Shown: piece after piece, positions 10,528-19,710 of the stretch
Position numbering within the stretch: the first letter of the stretch is position 1
Layout: each line of letters begins with the position of its first letter
Assembly (NCBI GenBank): GCA_018657065.1
Contig: JABHXU010000008.1
Span: 6,308-70,307, forward strand
From: an archaeon
Lineage (GTDB): Archaea; Nanobdellota; Nanobdellia; Woesearchaeales; GW2011-AR15
DNA: 64,000 nucleotides
Reading direction: 5' to 3'
Notes under the pieces: generated by a model
Database searches by the model: none
Told to the model about the DNA's origin: nothing
What the model saw: only the letters and a program-made list of their open reading frames with translations
Translations under genes and position numbers: made by a program

Positions 10528-11748
10528 TTATCCTTCTATATTTGCTTTAAGTCCATATCCATTTAGAACTAATATTTTAAACACTATTGGACTAATTATT
10601 GTGGTTAACAATGCCATAAAGACTATTGCACCAAAAATATTATCCGAAACAATACCTTGTGACCTAGCAATTAATAAAGCAAACAATTCTGTAGCTCCTC
10701 TAGCATTAAGTCCCCACCCAATTAATATTCCTTCTTTTATTGATTCTTTACAAAAATAATTACCCAAAACAGCCCCAATTAATTTTCCAGATATTGCAAG
10801 AACAGTTAAAACAATTCCAAACCAAATATTACTAAACAAAAGTTGGGTATTTATAGTTAAACCTATCCAAATAAAAATTAGTGGATGAAATACACTAAAA
10901 TCAAAAATTTCTAATGCCTCGGTAATATTATGCTCTTCAAAATATAGCATATCATCAGTTAATTTGTCTTTGAGCAAAATTCCTGCTAATAATGCTCCAA
11001 TTATTGCGCTAAAATTAAGAATTTCAGATGCTCCTGCCATAACTAGTAATATAACCATAGAAACTGTAAAATATTCAAATTTTGAGCCTTTCTTACCTAC
11101 TAAATTAAGTAACCATTCAATAATATAAAATCTCATTAAAAGAGTTATGAGCAAAAACAAAAATAATTCAAATAAAAAACTATAAACTGTAAATTTCATT
11201 GTTTGGGCTCTAATAAATAAACCTAGTATTGCTATAGCAAAAATTTCAAAAACATCACCAATAATTCCTGCTTCAATAATCAATTGTCCAATTCGTTTAT
11301 GAAGTAAATTTAATTCATCCAAAATACTTATAGCAACTTCTTCAGCAGTTATAGCTAAAGCAATTCCTACAAAAATTGATTCAATCCAATTTTTTGTAAT
11401 TAAAAAGGTAGCAAAACATCCAAGAAAAAAAGGTACATGTCCTGCATTTAAAGCCATAATTGACGAATTTCTAGATAAATCTTTCATATATCTAAAATCT
11501 ACACCAAGCCCAACAAAAAATAATACAATTATAATACCAAAATTAGCAAAAATTGAAATAATATTTACAAATGAAGGAATAAAATCCAAATATGAAATAA
11601 AACCAATATTAATTATTAAACCTATAAAAAGCGGTGCTATCATCTTTGGAAGCTGTAATTTCTTCGCTGCAACATTTAAAAAAAAAGTAGAAACCAAACA
11701 GATTCCTATACTTAATATAATCTGTGCTTCAAAACTAAAATTCACCAT
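10528..11748 (-). CDS. Cation:proton antiporter (CPA2/NapA-like)
   Basis: About 12 TM segments; LFFVGL, IGALLAG, GLNARG motifs. Confidence 0.88.
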   Translation of the reverse strand: MVNFSFEAQIILSIGICLVSTFFLNVAAKKLQLPKMIAPLFIGLIINIGFISYLDFIPSFVNIISIFANFGIIIVLFFVGLGVDFRYMKDLSRNSSIMALNAGHVPFFLGCFATFLITKNWIESIFVGIALAITAEEVAISILDELNLLHKRIGQLIIEAGIIGDVFEIFAIAILGLFIRAQTMKFTVYSFLFELFLFLLITLLMRFYIIEWLLNLVGKKGSKFEYFTVSMVILLVMAGASEILNFSAIIGALLAGILLKDKLTDDMLYFEEHNITEALEIFDFSVFHPLIFIWIGLTINTQLLFSNIWFGIVLTVLAISGKLIGAVLGNYFCKESIKEGILIGWGLNARGATELFALLIARSQGIVSDNIFGAIVFMALLTTIISPIVFKILVLNGYGLKANIEG

Positions 11749-11802
11749 CTTTTGAATTTTTATGAGTGGTTTTTGTATTTAAAATGTGTGGTTAAATTAT
11801 AT

Positions 11803-11931
11803 CTAGAAACAGCCAAAAACACTTCCACATTTTTTACATTTATAACAATAAAATTCTTCATGTGAACAACATTCATCACATTTACATTTTGGACAACTTA
11901 TTTTTAAAAAAGTAATTTCTTGCATCATCAT
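11803..11931 (-). CDS. Cys-rich microprotein (42 aa, 9 Cys), not in ORF track
   Basis: MMMQEITFLKISCPKCKCDECCSHEEFYCYKCKKCGSVFGCF; ATGA overlap with upstream small ORF. Confidence 0.6.
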   Translation of the reverse strand: MMMQEITFLKISCPKCKCDECCSHEEFYCYKCKKCGSVFGCF

Positions 11932-12023
11932 TCCCTTTGTTCAAACCAAATAAAAAAATCATCATCCTCTTTTTTTTTAATTTTTTCATACATAAATCCA
12001 TTAACATATCCTTTTGATATCAC
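11928..12023 (-). CDS. Microprotein (31 aa), not in ORF track
   Basis: GTG start, MISKGYVNGFMYEKIKKKEDDDFFIWFEQRE; GGTGA SD-like upstream. Confidence 0.45.
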   Translation of the reverse strand: MISKGYVNGFMYEKIKKKEDDDFFIWFEQRE

Positions 12024-12041
12024 CTTACTCTTCACCCTTTT

Positions 12042-12140
12042 TTATGCATATGGATCCATTAGAGTTTCTTGCATGTATTGAACAACCATTGGTCTACCAT
12101 TGTCGTATAGTGTGTATGTCATTAAATTTCCTTTTGTCAT
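12042..12140 (-). CDS. Microprotein (32 aa), not in ORF track
   Basis: MTKGNLMTYTLYDNGRPMVVQYMQETLMDPYA; AGGTGAT SD just upstream. Confidence 0.5.
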   Translation of the reverse strand: MTKGNLMTYTLYDNGRPMVVQYMQETLMDPYA

Positions 12141-12229
12141 GTATAATCACCTTTAATTTTATAGAATTAGATATATGACTAATGAATATGAATCTTTCAC
12201 AATAACAATAATTAAAATAATTATAATAA

Positions 12230-12769
12230 TTATAATTTCATAATGTGAACAATAAAATCCCCAAATGAGAGATAAATAAACACCCAAAACACAAAATTAA
12301 ATATTCTTCTTGGAATTTGATGCACAGCTTTCATTGTACCTACATAATACATCTCAAAGGTCATTTGAATCATGTACCTAACCAATAAAAATCCAATACC
12401 TACAAATTTTATTGGAAGATTTGAAAAAAACGACACAAAATATCCTAAAAAATATAATAAAAATTGTGAAAACAAAATTCTTACTCCTACTCTAGCTGAA
12501 AAGAGTATACTTATCCACGAAGAGGAAACTACAATAATGGCCTCTGCAGGTCCATATACATATCCGGCCATTGTTGTAGCAAAAGATATGACTTCTATTG
12601 GTAGTTTTATACCTGTCCAACGTCTAAAATTTAAAACAATAAAATTCAAAATAATGTATAATACAACAAAAAAAAACTTCTTAAAAAAAAAAATTGATAA
12701 GAAAATCAATAGTAAGTACACAATAACTTGTTTATTAACATACTTTATTTGTTTTTTTTTCTTACGCAT
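12230..12769 (-). CDS. Multi-pass membrane protein, ECF S-component-like (divergent paralog 2 of 3)
   Basis: LPIEVISFATTMAGYVYGP resembles the IET..A...GY.WG motif of the other two; ATG 12769 preferred. Confidence 0.65.
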   Translation of the reverse strand: MRKKKKQIKYVNKQVIVYLLLIFLSIFFFKKFFFVVLYIILNFIVLNFRRWTGIKLPIEVISFATTMAGYVYGPAEAIIVVSSSWISILFSARVGVRILFSQFLLYFLGYFVSFFSNLPIKFVGIGFLLVRYMIQMTFEMYYVGTMKAVHQIPRRIFNFVFWVFIYLSFGDFIVHIMKL

Positions 12770-15032
12770 ATAAACCACCCATTGTCTGAGCAAGTTGCTT
12801 TGCTCCTTCTTGATATTGAGAATTTTGATTAAATAAGTGTAAATAAGCTATGGTATCACTTATAGCTCCCACTATAGGCTGTAATTCTGTTTGTGTCACA
12901 GATTCAAGATTTTGATACGCTTCTATTAAAAGTTCAGGAATACTAATATTTACATTTGAATCTTGCTCAATAATTGGAATAACTTCACTAATTTTTTCTA
13001 ATGATGATGCAATACCTTCTGAAACATTTCCATCCCCAATTATTGTATCTGCTAAATCTTGAGCATAAACAAATGATGAATCAACAGCATTCCCTAATTC
13101 ATCTCTAGCGCAAGTTAAATACCAATCTAGAATTTTAGTTTTTTCTGCAGGATCATAATGATTTCCATCAAGCACAATATCGGCCATCCTATAATCTTGA
13201 ACAAATCCTAAATGTGTTCTTCGATACTCCTTCACAAAATCTTCTGCCGTCAATGGAAAACTCTTTATATCCTCGCTATCATTATAAAACAAATGTTTTT
13301 GCCACTGCTTTAAATTTTCAAAAATCTCTAATTGTTCAAGTGCCATTTCAACTTCTTCATACTTAACGTCTAAATAAATATCAGGTACATTATCAGAATC
13401 TAGAGTATTTAAAAATGCAATTTCGTGTACAATTTCAAAAAAAATTTCAGCTTCATTTAATACTTCATCAAACAACTGTTCATTTTCTTCAATTTGAGAT
13501 GAATGTTCAAACATGTAAGAAATTGTTGCATTTCCCAAATGTAAACACAATTGACTTAATTTAGCCATTTCCTGTGTTTGTTCAAATTCTGAATCAATTT
13601 CAAGTGAAGGAGTTCTAGAATGATGATGATACCAAACAGGCATTTCTAAATTAAAAGATGATTTGTTCTTCGAAGTTTGAACAACATCAAACGAATAATA
13701 AGTTTGCATTATTGAGTGAAATGTGTCTGCAAATGCACTTGGTCCTGAACTTATATCTCTTGCATTTATTTTTTTAAACAAATGATTAACTTTTTGATGA
13801 TAAGTTTCTTGATCTTTTGAAAGTGAAACAGCTTTTGGATCAATATTAGTCAAATTTCTCAATTTTTTAGTTCCATAACTACCATCAAATTCAATATCTG
13901 CAAAATTTCCTGGATTAATATCACTCTGAAAACTTGGAAACAAAAACATTGACCTTTCAACAGCTCCATTTTTTCCAAAAACTCTTTCATCAACTAATTC
14001 ATCTAATGTTGATAAAGCTACTGGAGATGTAATAAATGCTGCTCTTAATCTTTTTTCTGCATCTTTAAATCTTTTATTAAAATGATATGTTCTTTCAGGT
14101 GTAAATTCAGATATATTATTCAACAACAAAGACTCCAAAGCCAACCTTGAAGATGCCATTAAATCCAAACTTGATAGTAAGACATTTTTAAATGGTGCTC
14201 TATCTGCTTTAATTTGCGGTAAAACTTCTGCTACAGTTAATACATTTTCTCCAGATCCCGTACTAAAATTATTCAACCAAAAAGGCTCAACTTGTTCTAT
14301 ATCATATGCATGCCATACATCTGTATATACTGGCATAGGCATAAAAGCAAATAAATTTTGAATTCTTTTACCTAATCCATAATTTTTTAGTGGACTTTTT
14401 TCTTTTAATCTTTTTTTCCTTTCCTTTTTTGTTAATGGAAATAAGTTCTTAAATCCTTCATTTGTAAATGATGAATAAAAATCTAAATTAGAATTCTCAT
14501 TAGGTAATGTATTAATCCTAGCATTTCTAAAAGTACTACTAAGAACTCTTAACATTTTTGTAATTCTAGATTCAGCGTCCCGTTCTTCTTCTGTTTTGAT
14601 TTTTTTTGTCCAAAAACCTCTTCGAAGTTCAGAAACTTGTGGATTATAAGGATTTGGAGTTACGTGAACTACTTTTTTTTGCTGAAGATATCCTGCTAGA
14701 GTAAAATAATATCTTTTTCTAAATATTGATTCTTCCTCTGCTAGTTCCATTAATTCTGAATGTAATTTAAACAAGTCAGAATTTTGAGAACCTAAAACAT
14801 ACCTGTTTATTGATTCTTCTGATTGTTTTGAATCATTACTTAAATAAATTAATGGCTTTGATTCTTCCACTGAAATTTCTGTTTCAAGAATTTCAAAGAC
14901 TTGTTTTAATTTCTCATCAAGACTCAAGCCTTCCACAATTTGTGCCTCGATTTTTGATTTATCCTCAATATCTCTACCTAATTGAACTTTTAAATCAACA
15001 CTCCCATGAATATTTTGAGGCATTTTTACCAT
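12762..15032 (-). CDS. Large hypothetical protein with a possible protein-kinase-like (APH/ChoK) domain
   Basis: About 756 aa from ATG 15032; QSDINPGNF ... NIDP ... GPSAFAD resemble phosphotransferase motifs. Confidence 0.6.
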   Translation of the reverse strand: MVKMPQNIHGSVDLKVQLGRDIEDKSKIEAQIVEGLSLDEKLKQVFEILETEISVEESKPLIYLSNDSKQSEESINRYVLGSQNSDLFKLHSELMELAEEESIFRKRYYFTLAGYLQQKKVVHVTPNPYNPQVSELRRGFWTKKIKTEEERDAESRITKMLRVLSSTFRNARINTLPNENSNLDFYSSFTNEGFKNLFPLTKKERKKRLKEKSPLKNYGLGKRIQNLFAFMPMPVYTDVWHAYDIEQVEPFWLNNFSTGSGENVLTVAEVLPQIKADRAPFKNVLLSSLDLMASSRLALESLLLNNISEFTPERTYHFNKRFKDAEKRLRAAFITSPVALSTLDELVDERVFGKNGAVERSMFLFPSFQSDINPGNFADIEFDGSYGTKKLRNLTNIDPKAVSLSKDQETYHQKVNHLFKKINARDISSGPSAFADTFHSIMQTYYSFDVVQTSKNKSSFNLEMPVWYHHHSRTPSLEIDSEFEQTQEMAKLSQLCLHLGNATISYMFEHSSQIEENEQLFDEVLNEAEIFFEIVHEIAFLNTLDSDNVPDIYLDVKYEEVEMALEQLEIFENLKQWQKHLFYNDSEDIKSFPLTAEDFVKEYRRTHLGFVQDYRMADIVLDGNHYDPAEKTKILDWYLTCARDELGNAVDSSFVYAQDLADTIIGDGNVSEGIASSLEKISEVIPIIEQDSNVNISIPELLIEAYQNLESVTQTELQPIVGAISDTIAYLHLFNQNSQYQEGAKQLAQTMGGLYA

Positions 15033-15181
15033 TGTACAGTAGTTAATATATATAAATATTACTCTTTTTGACTTCTTTAAGTTAAAATAACGCATGCAAT
15101 TCTTAAAATTGTAGTAATATCAATAAGTAAAATAAGTATTTTCGAAATATTTAAGTATAAATTGCAATTAACCATTATAAA

Positions 15182-16153
15182 ATGATTAGAAAAGTATCAA
15201 AAGTTGGCCAAAGTTCATTAGTTGTATCATTACCTTCAAAATGGGTTAAATTATATGGGATAAAAAAAGGAGATGAAGTCGATATTAAAAGTCAAGGTCG
15301 ATCACTTCAAATTATTACTGAAAAAATTTCAAAAGGAGATAAGACGCAAATTGACATTACTAACATGGGAAGCAGTCTTGTTTGGAAACATGTTGTTGGT
15401 GCTTATAAAAGAGGTTTCAAAGAAATTAAAATCAAATTTTCTGGAGAAAGCATTAAAGTTACTGATAAATTCTACAAACGAAAACATTTAGAAGTTATCT
15501 CACCTTATGAATTAATTAATCAAATATCTAATTCTTTAATTGGAATTGAAGTAGTTGATCAAGGATCTAATTTTTGTACAATTAAACAATTAGCAACTAT
15601 TAATGATGATGAATTTAATACAACTTTTAGACGTGTATTTTTATTAATTAAATCAATGCTATCTGATATAATTTCTAACATGAAAAATTCGGAAAACATA
15701 AATTTAGATAGTATATTTTTTACAGATGAATCTATTAACAAATTTTCTATTTTTTGTATTAGAATTCTCTCACATAGAGGATATATTGATTCATTGAAAG
15801 TAGAATTATTTTATGATTTAATCAACTCTCTTGAATCAATAGGAGATGAAATTAAAATTCTTGCTACAAAAATATCAAAGAAAGATACTACTTTAATTCT
15901 ACCTATTCTTGAATCATTACTTGAATCATATGATTTATTTTATACTTGTTTTTACAATTATGAAAAACATAAAGTTGAAACTATTTTGAATTCAACTAGA
16001 GATATTAAAAGATCCTGCGATAAACTTTTAACCAAACATAATTCCGAGTCAATCAATAGTATCACCAACCATATAAAAAATATTACAAAAATAATAAGAG
16101 ATCAAACTCAAAGCATTATTGAATTAAATTTTAGTATCAATTCAATATTATAA
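15182..16153 (+). CDS. AbrB-domain/PhoU-family phosphate uptake regulator
   Basis: RKVSKVGQSSLVVSLPSKWVK AbrB motif; LESIGD PhoU helix. Confidence 0.85.
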   Translation: MIRKVSKVGQSSLVVSLPSKWVKLYGIKKGDEVDIKSQGRSLQIITEKISKGDKTQIDITNMGSSLVWKHVVGAYKRGFKEIKIKFSGESIKVTDKFYKRKHLEVISPYELINQISNSLIGIEVVDQGSNFCTIKQLATINDDEFNTTFRRVFLLIKSMLSDIISNMKNSENINLDSIFFTDESINKFSIFCIRILSHRGYIDSLKVELFYDLINSLESIGDEIKILATKISKKDTTLILPILESLLESYDLFYTCFYNYEKHKVETILNSTRDIKRSCDKLLTKHNSESINSITNHIKNITKIIRDQTQSIIELNFSINSIL

Positions 16154-16211
16154 TTATTATAATTATTATACTTGAATATTCTATATATTATGTTTTTCTC
16201 TTCTTTTTTAT

Positions 16212-16991
16212 ATGAATCAATTAGAAGATAGACTTTCAACAGGCAGATTATCTGTAATGGAAATAGGTTATGATCTTAGACATTACAACCCTCTTGTTAA
16301 ATTAGATTTAGGACTTGATACAAAATTAGAAAGAGAATTTATCGATAAAGTATTAAATAAATTTCCTACAGATTCAATTCTTGGAGAAGAAACAGGAATG
16401 ACAAATGGAACTTCTAATTACGAATGGGTAATTGATCCAATTGATGGAACAAGATATTTAAACAGGGGTGGAAAAAGAGTTTCAATCAATTTAGCTTTAA
16501 AATACCAAGGAAATATTGTAGGTGCTTGGGTATACAATCCCTTCGTACAAGAGTTTTATTCATTTGAACAAAATGCAAATCCAACACTAGAAAAAATTGA
16601 TAATATGGCTAAAGTAAGTTTACCAATAAAAACTTCAGAAACTTTAAGAGATATGCCTGTCGTATATCAAGGTTCAAGACATTATAGAGAAGATTATAAT
16701 TTGTTAGGTGAAGCATACAGCCAAGAAAAAATCCTTAAACTAGAAGAAACAGGAGGATCAATTGCATATAATGCTTTGCAAATAACTAAAAATCTTGGTG
16801 CTTATATATACCACCAAACAACTCCTGCTAACGCCTGGGATATAGATGCTGCACTTTCAATTCTACACGCATCTAATTGTGTAGTTTCATCTTCTAATGA
16901 GGGAAATAGATTAATTTTTGCACAAAACCAATCCATTCATGATGAATTAACTTCAATTCTAAATATTACTGATGCAACATATGTAAAGTAA
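16212..16991 (+). CDS. Inositol monophosphatase-family (FIG) phosphatase
   Basis: ILGEE, WVIDPIDGT, AWD. Confidence 0.88.
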   Translation: MNQLEDRLSTGRLSVMEIGYDLRHYNPLVKLDLGLDTKLEREFIDKVLNKFPTDSILGEETGMTNGTSNYEWVIDPIDGTRYLNRGGKRVSINLALKYQGNIVGAWVYNPFVQEFYSFEQNANPTLEKIDNMAKVSLPIKTSETLRDMPVVYQGSRHYREDYNLLGEAYSQEKILKLEETGGSIAYNALQITKNLGAYIYHQTTPANAWDIDAALSILHASNCVVSSSNEGNRLIFAQNQSIHDELTSILNITDATYVK

Positions 16992-17023
16992 TTTATTTAA
17001 ACAAATATCAATTATCTTTAACT

Positions 17024-17692
17024 ATGAAAACCCTTTACATAGAAGCTAAGTATGAAAAACAAGTTACTGTTCCTAAAAAAATCATAGAGAAATTAGAGAA
17101 AAAAATTGCAATTTTCACAACATTACAATTTATTGATTCTCTTCCAGGAATTAAAAGAGAAATTGAAGAAAGTGGAAGAACTGTTAAAATTTTTAAAACA
17201 ACTCACACAAAAAACCCTGGACAAATTTATGGATGTAATATGGATAAGTTTCCCGGGGTTGACAGTTTTTTATATATTGGAGACGGATTTTTTCATCCTA
17301 AAGCAATAATTGTAGGAAATGATAAACCAGTCCACACATATAATCCTTTTTCAAATAAATATAAACTTTTTACTAGAGAAGACGCAAAAGCAGATTTTCA
17401 AAGACAAAAAGCAGGATATTCATTATTTATAATGAAAAAAAATATTGGAGTTTTAATTTCAACAAAAATTGGTCAAAGTTATCCTGTGCTTGCATTAAAA
17501 TTAAAAAAAGATTTCCCAGATAAAAATTTTTATTTTATTGCTTTTGATACTGTTGACCTAAATAGAGTAAATGATTTCCCATTTATTGATGTAATAGTTA
17601 ATACTGCATGCCCTAGAATAGGATGGGATGATAAGACAGATAAGCCAATGGTGGATCTGCAAACCATATATTTTTATAGTAAATTAATTTAG
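17024..17692 (+). CDS. dph2: Diphthamide synthesis Dph2-like protein (short form)
   Basis: TTLQF, GQIYGC, YIGDGFFHP, STKIGQ, NTACPRI. Confidence 0.88.
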   Translation: MKTLYIEAKYEKQVTVPKKIIEKLEKKIAIFTTLQFIDSLPGIKREIEESGRTVKIFKTTHTKNPGQIYGCNMDKFPGVDSFLYIGDGFFHPKAIIVGNDKPVHTYNPFSNKYKLFTREDAKADFQRQKAGYSLFIMKKNIGVLISTKIGQSYPVLALKLKKDFPDKNFYFIAFDTVDLNRVNDFPFIDVIVNTACPRIGWDDKTDKPMVDLQTIYFYSKLI

Positions 17693-17701
17693 AAAAAGCA
17701 T

Positions 17702-18199
17702 ATGGATGATCTTAATTTACCTAAACAAAGAGTTATTAAAACAAATGCAGGAATTTGGAAACGAACATTAGCTTTTTTTATTGATTTTATAATTATTAGA
17801 ATTATAATCTTAAATCCATTTGCAAATGCTATATCACAAAAATTACCTATTCCTGAAGACTTAGGAACATATTTCCAATTTTTACAATCAAATCAAGAGC
17901 TAGTGCAATCTTTTGCTCCAATGATGTTTGCTATGTCTGCTTTAACTTTAGCTTATTTTGTGCTATTTGAATATAAGATGTTTCAGACACCCGGAATGAT
18001 GTTAATGAAACTAAAGGTAGAACCAGAAAAACATATTAAATTAAATTTATGGAGAGTTATTCTTAGAAATTTATTTGCTTTTCCTATTGGTCCATTGTTT
18101 TTACTTTGGATAATTGAACCAATATATGTTATAGTAGCAAAACGAAGAATGACTGAAATCTTTTCTAAAACAAATACTGTAATGGAGGTAGTAATATGA
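17702..18199 (+). CDS. RDD-family membrane protein
   Basis: AGIWKRTLAFFID, QTPGM, ILRN. Confidence 0.85.
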   Translation: MDDLNLPKQRVIKTNAGIWKRTLAFFIDFIIIRIIILNPFANAISQKLPIPEDLGTYFQFLQSNQELVQSFAPMMFAMSALTLAYFVLFEYKMFQTPGMMLMKLKVEPEKHIKLNLWRVILRNLFAFPIGPLFLLWIIEPIYVIVAKRRMTEIFSKTNTVMEVVI

Positions 18200-19080
18200 A
18201 AGACAATAAAACAAAACTTTGGAAAACCTTGAAAATTATATTTAGTATTTGGATTTTAAGTTTTTTAGTCTCTAGTTTTTTTAGTTTTAATACTGAATTT
18301 GATATTGCTGGAGGAAATGTTGCAATTATTCCTATAACTGATATTATTTTAACTTCATCAGGCGGTTTTAATAATCCTGCAACAAGTAGTGAGACTGTTA
18401 TTTCATTTTTAGATCAAGCGCAAAACAATCCTAATATTAAAGCAATATTACTTGATATAAATTCTCCAGGTGGAAGTGGTGTTGCAGCTGATGAAATTGG
18501 ACAAAAAATAAAAGAAATTAATAAACCCACAATTGCAGTTATTCGAGAAATGGGCGCTAGTGCAGCTTATTGGATTGCTTCATCTTCAGATTATATTTTT
18601 GCTAATAGATTATCACTAACTGCTAGCATTGGTGTAATTGGATCTTATTTAGATTTCTCTGAATTAATTGAAGAATATAATGTTTCATATCAACGATATG
18701 TATCAGGTGAGCTTAAAGACATGATTTCACCTTTTAAAGAAGATACCCCTAAAGAAGAAAGATTATTTCAAGAAATTATTGATCAATCACATGAATTTTT
18801 TATAATGGAAGTTGCTCAAAATAGAAATATGAGTAAAGAAGAAATTAGAAAGCTTGCAGATGGAAGAATAATGCTAGGCAGTCAAGCTTTTGAAGCCGGA
18901 TTAGTTGATGAACTAGGAACCAAACAAGATGCTATTAAATATATAGAATCATCATTAAATATAACAGCGGTCACTGTTGAATATAAAGAAAAAGTATCGA
19001 TTACTGAACTATTATACGGTTTTACTTCAAGCAAAGGCGGAAAATTTATAAACTCTAACATACCAATTCAGTTTAAATAA
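18196..19080 (+). CDS. sppA: Signal peptide peptidase SppA (S49)
   Basis: INSPGGS, ASAAYWIAS, SIGV, GLVDELG. Confidence 0.93.
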   Translation: MKDNKTKLWKTLKIIFSIWILSFLVSSFFSFNTEFDIAGGNVAIIPITDIILTSSGGFNNPATSSETVISFLDQAQNNPNIKAILLDINSPGGSGVAADEIGQKIKEINKPTIAVIREMGASAAYWIASSSDYIFANRLSLTASIGVIGSYLDFSELIEEYNVSYQRYVSGELKDMISPFKEDTPKEERLFQEIIDQSHEFFIMEVAQNRNMSKEEIRKLADGRIMLGSQAFEAGLVDELGTKQDAIKYIESSLNITAVTVEYKEKVSITELLYGFTSSKGGKFINSNIPIQFK

Positions 19081-19092
19081 AAAGGGGTTAAA

Positions 19093-19413
19093 ATGTTTGG
19101 TAGAAAAATAAACATATTTGAAAAAATACTTTTGCCAGTAGGTATAGCATTAACATTTTTAGGATTTTATCTAATTCTTTTAGCTGAACAATCTAGTTCA
19201 TTACTCAATTGGATACGATTAGCTACTTTATTTTCATGGATGATGCTTTTATTCATTATAATTGTAACTGCAACTACTGAAGATATGAAAGAAGAACTTG
19301 CACTTATTCAAAAAGAACATGTCACTGAAATTAAAATACTAAAAGAAATATCACATGATCAATTAAATGAAATAAAATTACTTAGACAAGATCTACAAAA
19401 GCGTAAAAAATAA
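19093..19413 (+). CDS. Two-TM hypothetical protein with coiled-coil tail
   Basis: 106-aa ORF with two hydrophobic helices. Confidence 0.6.
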   Translation: MFGRKINIFEKILLPVGIALTFLGFYLILLAEQSSSLLNWIRLATLFSWMMLLFIIIVTATTEDMKEELALIQKEHVTEIKILKEISHDQLNEIKLLRQDLQKRKK

Positions 19414-19436
19414 TTTTATTTTGAATAATTATACTC

Positions 19437-19568
19437 ATGGCTCAAGAATGTATTATTTGTGAAAACAATAATGCAAATTATTGTATAAAAGGAATGGATA
19501 ATTATAGTTATTGTAAAGAATGTGCACTACAACAGTTCTCTGATGTGTCATTATTACAAAGACTTTAA
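19437..19568 (+). CDS. Small zinc-finger protein (43 aa), not in ORF track
   Basis: MAQECIICENNNANYCIKGMDNYSYCKECALQQFSDVSLLQRL; two CxxC. Confidence 0.65.
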   Translation: MAQECIICENNNANYCIKGMDNYSYCKECALQQFSDVSLLQRL

Positions 19569-19606
19569 CCTATATTTTTCATTATAACTATTAATTTCCA
19601 AGTATC

Positions 19607-19686
19607 TTTAAATATCTATTTCACCATTTAATAATTGATCACAAGATATTGTGTATTCTTAAAATTAAACATACAACATATTGTAT
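19607..19686 (+). promoter_or_regulatory. TATA box plus two tandem NrdR-box-like palindromes upstream of nrdJ
   Basis: TTTAAATA 19607-19614; TCACAAGATATTGTGT 19639-19654 and ATACAACATATTGTAT 19671-19686 match acaCwAtATaTwGtgt; 32 bp apart start to start. Confidence 0.75.
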
Positions 19687-19710
19687 ATTAGTAGAAAACG
19701 GTGGGGAAAG

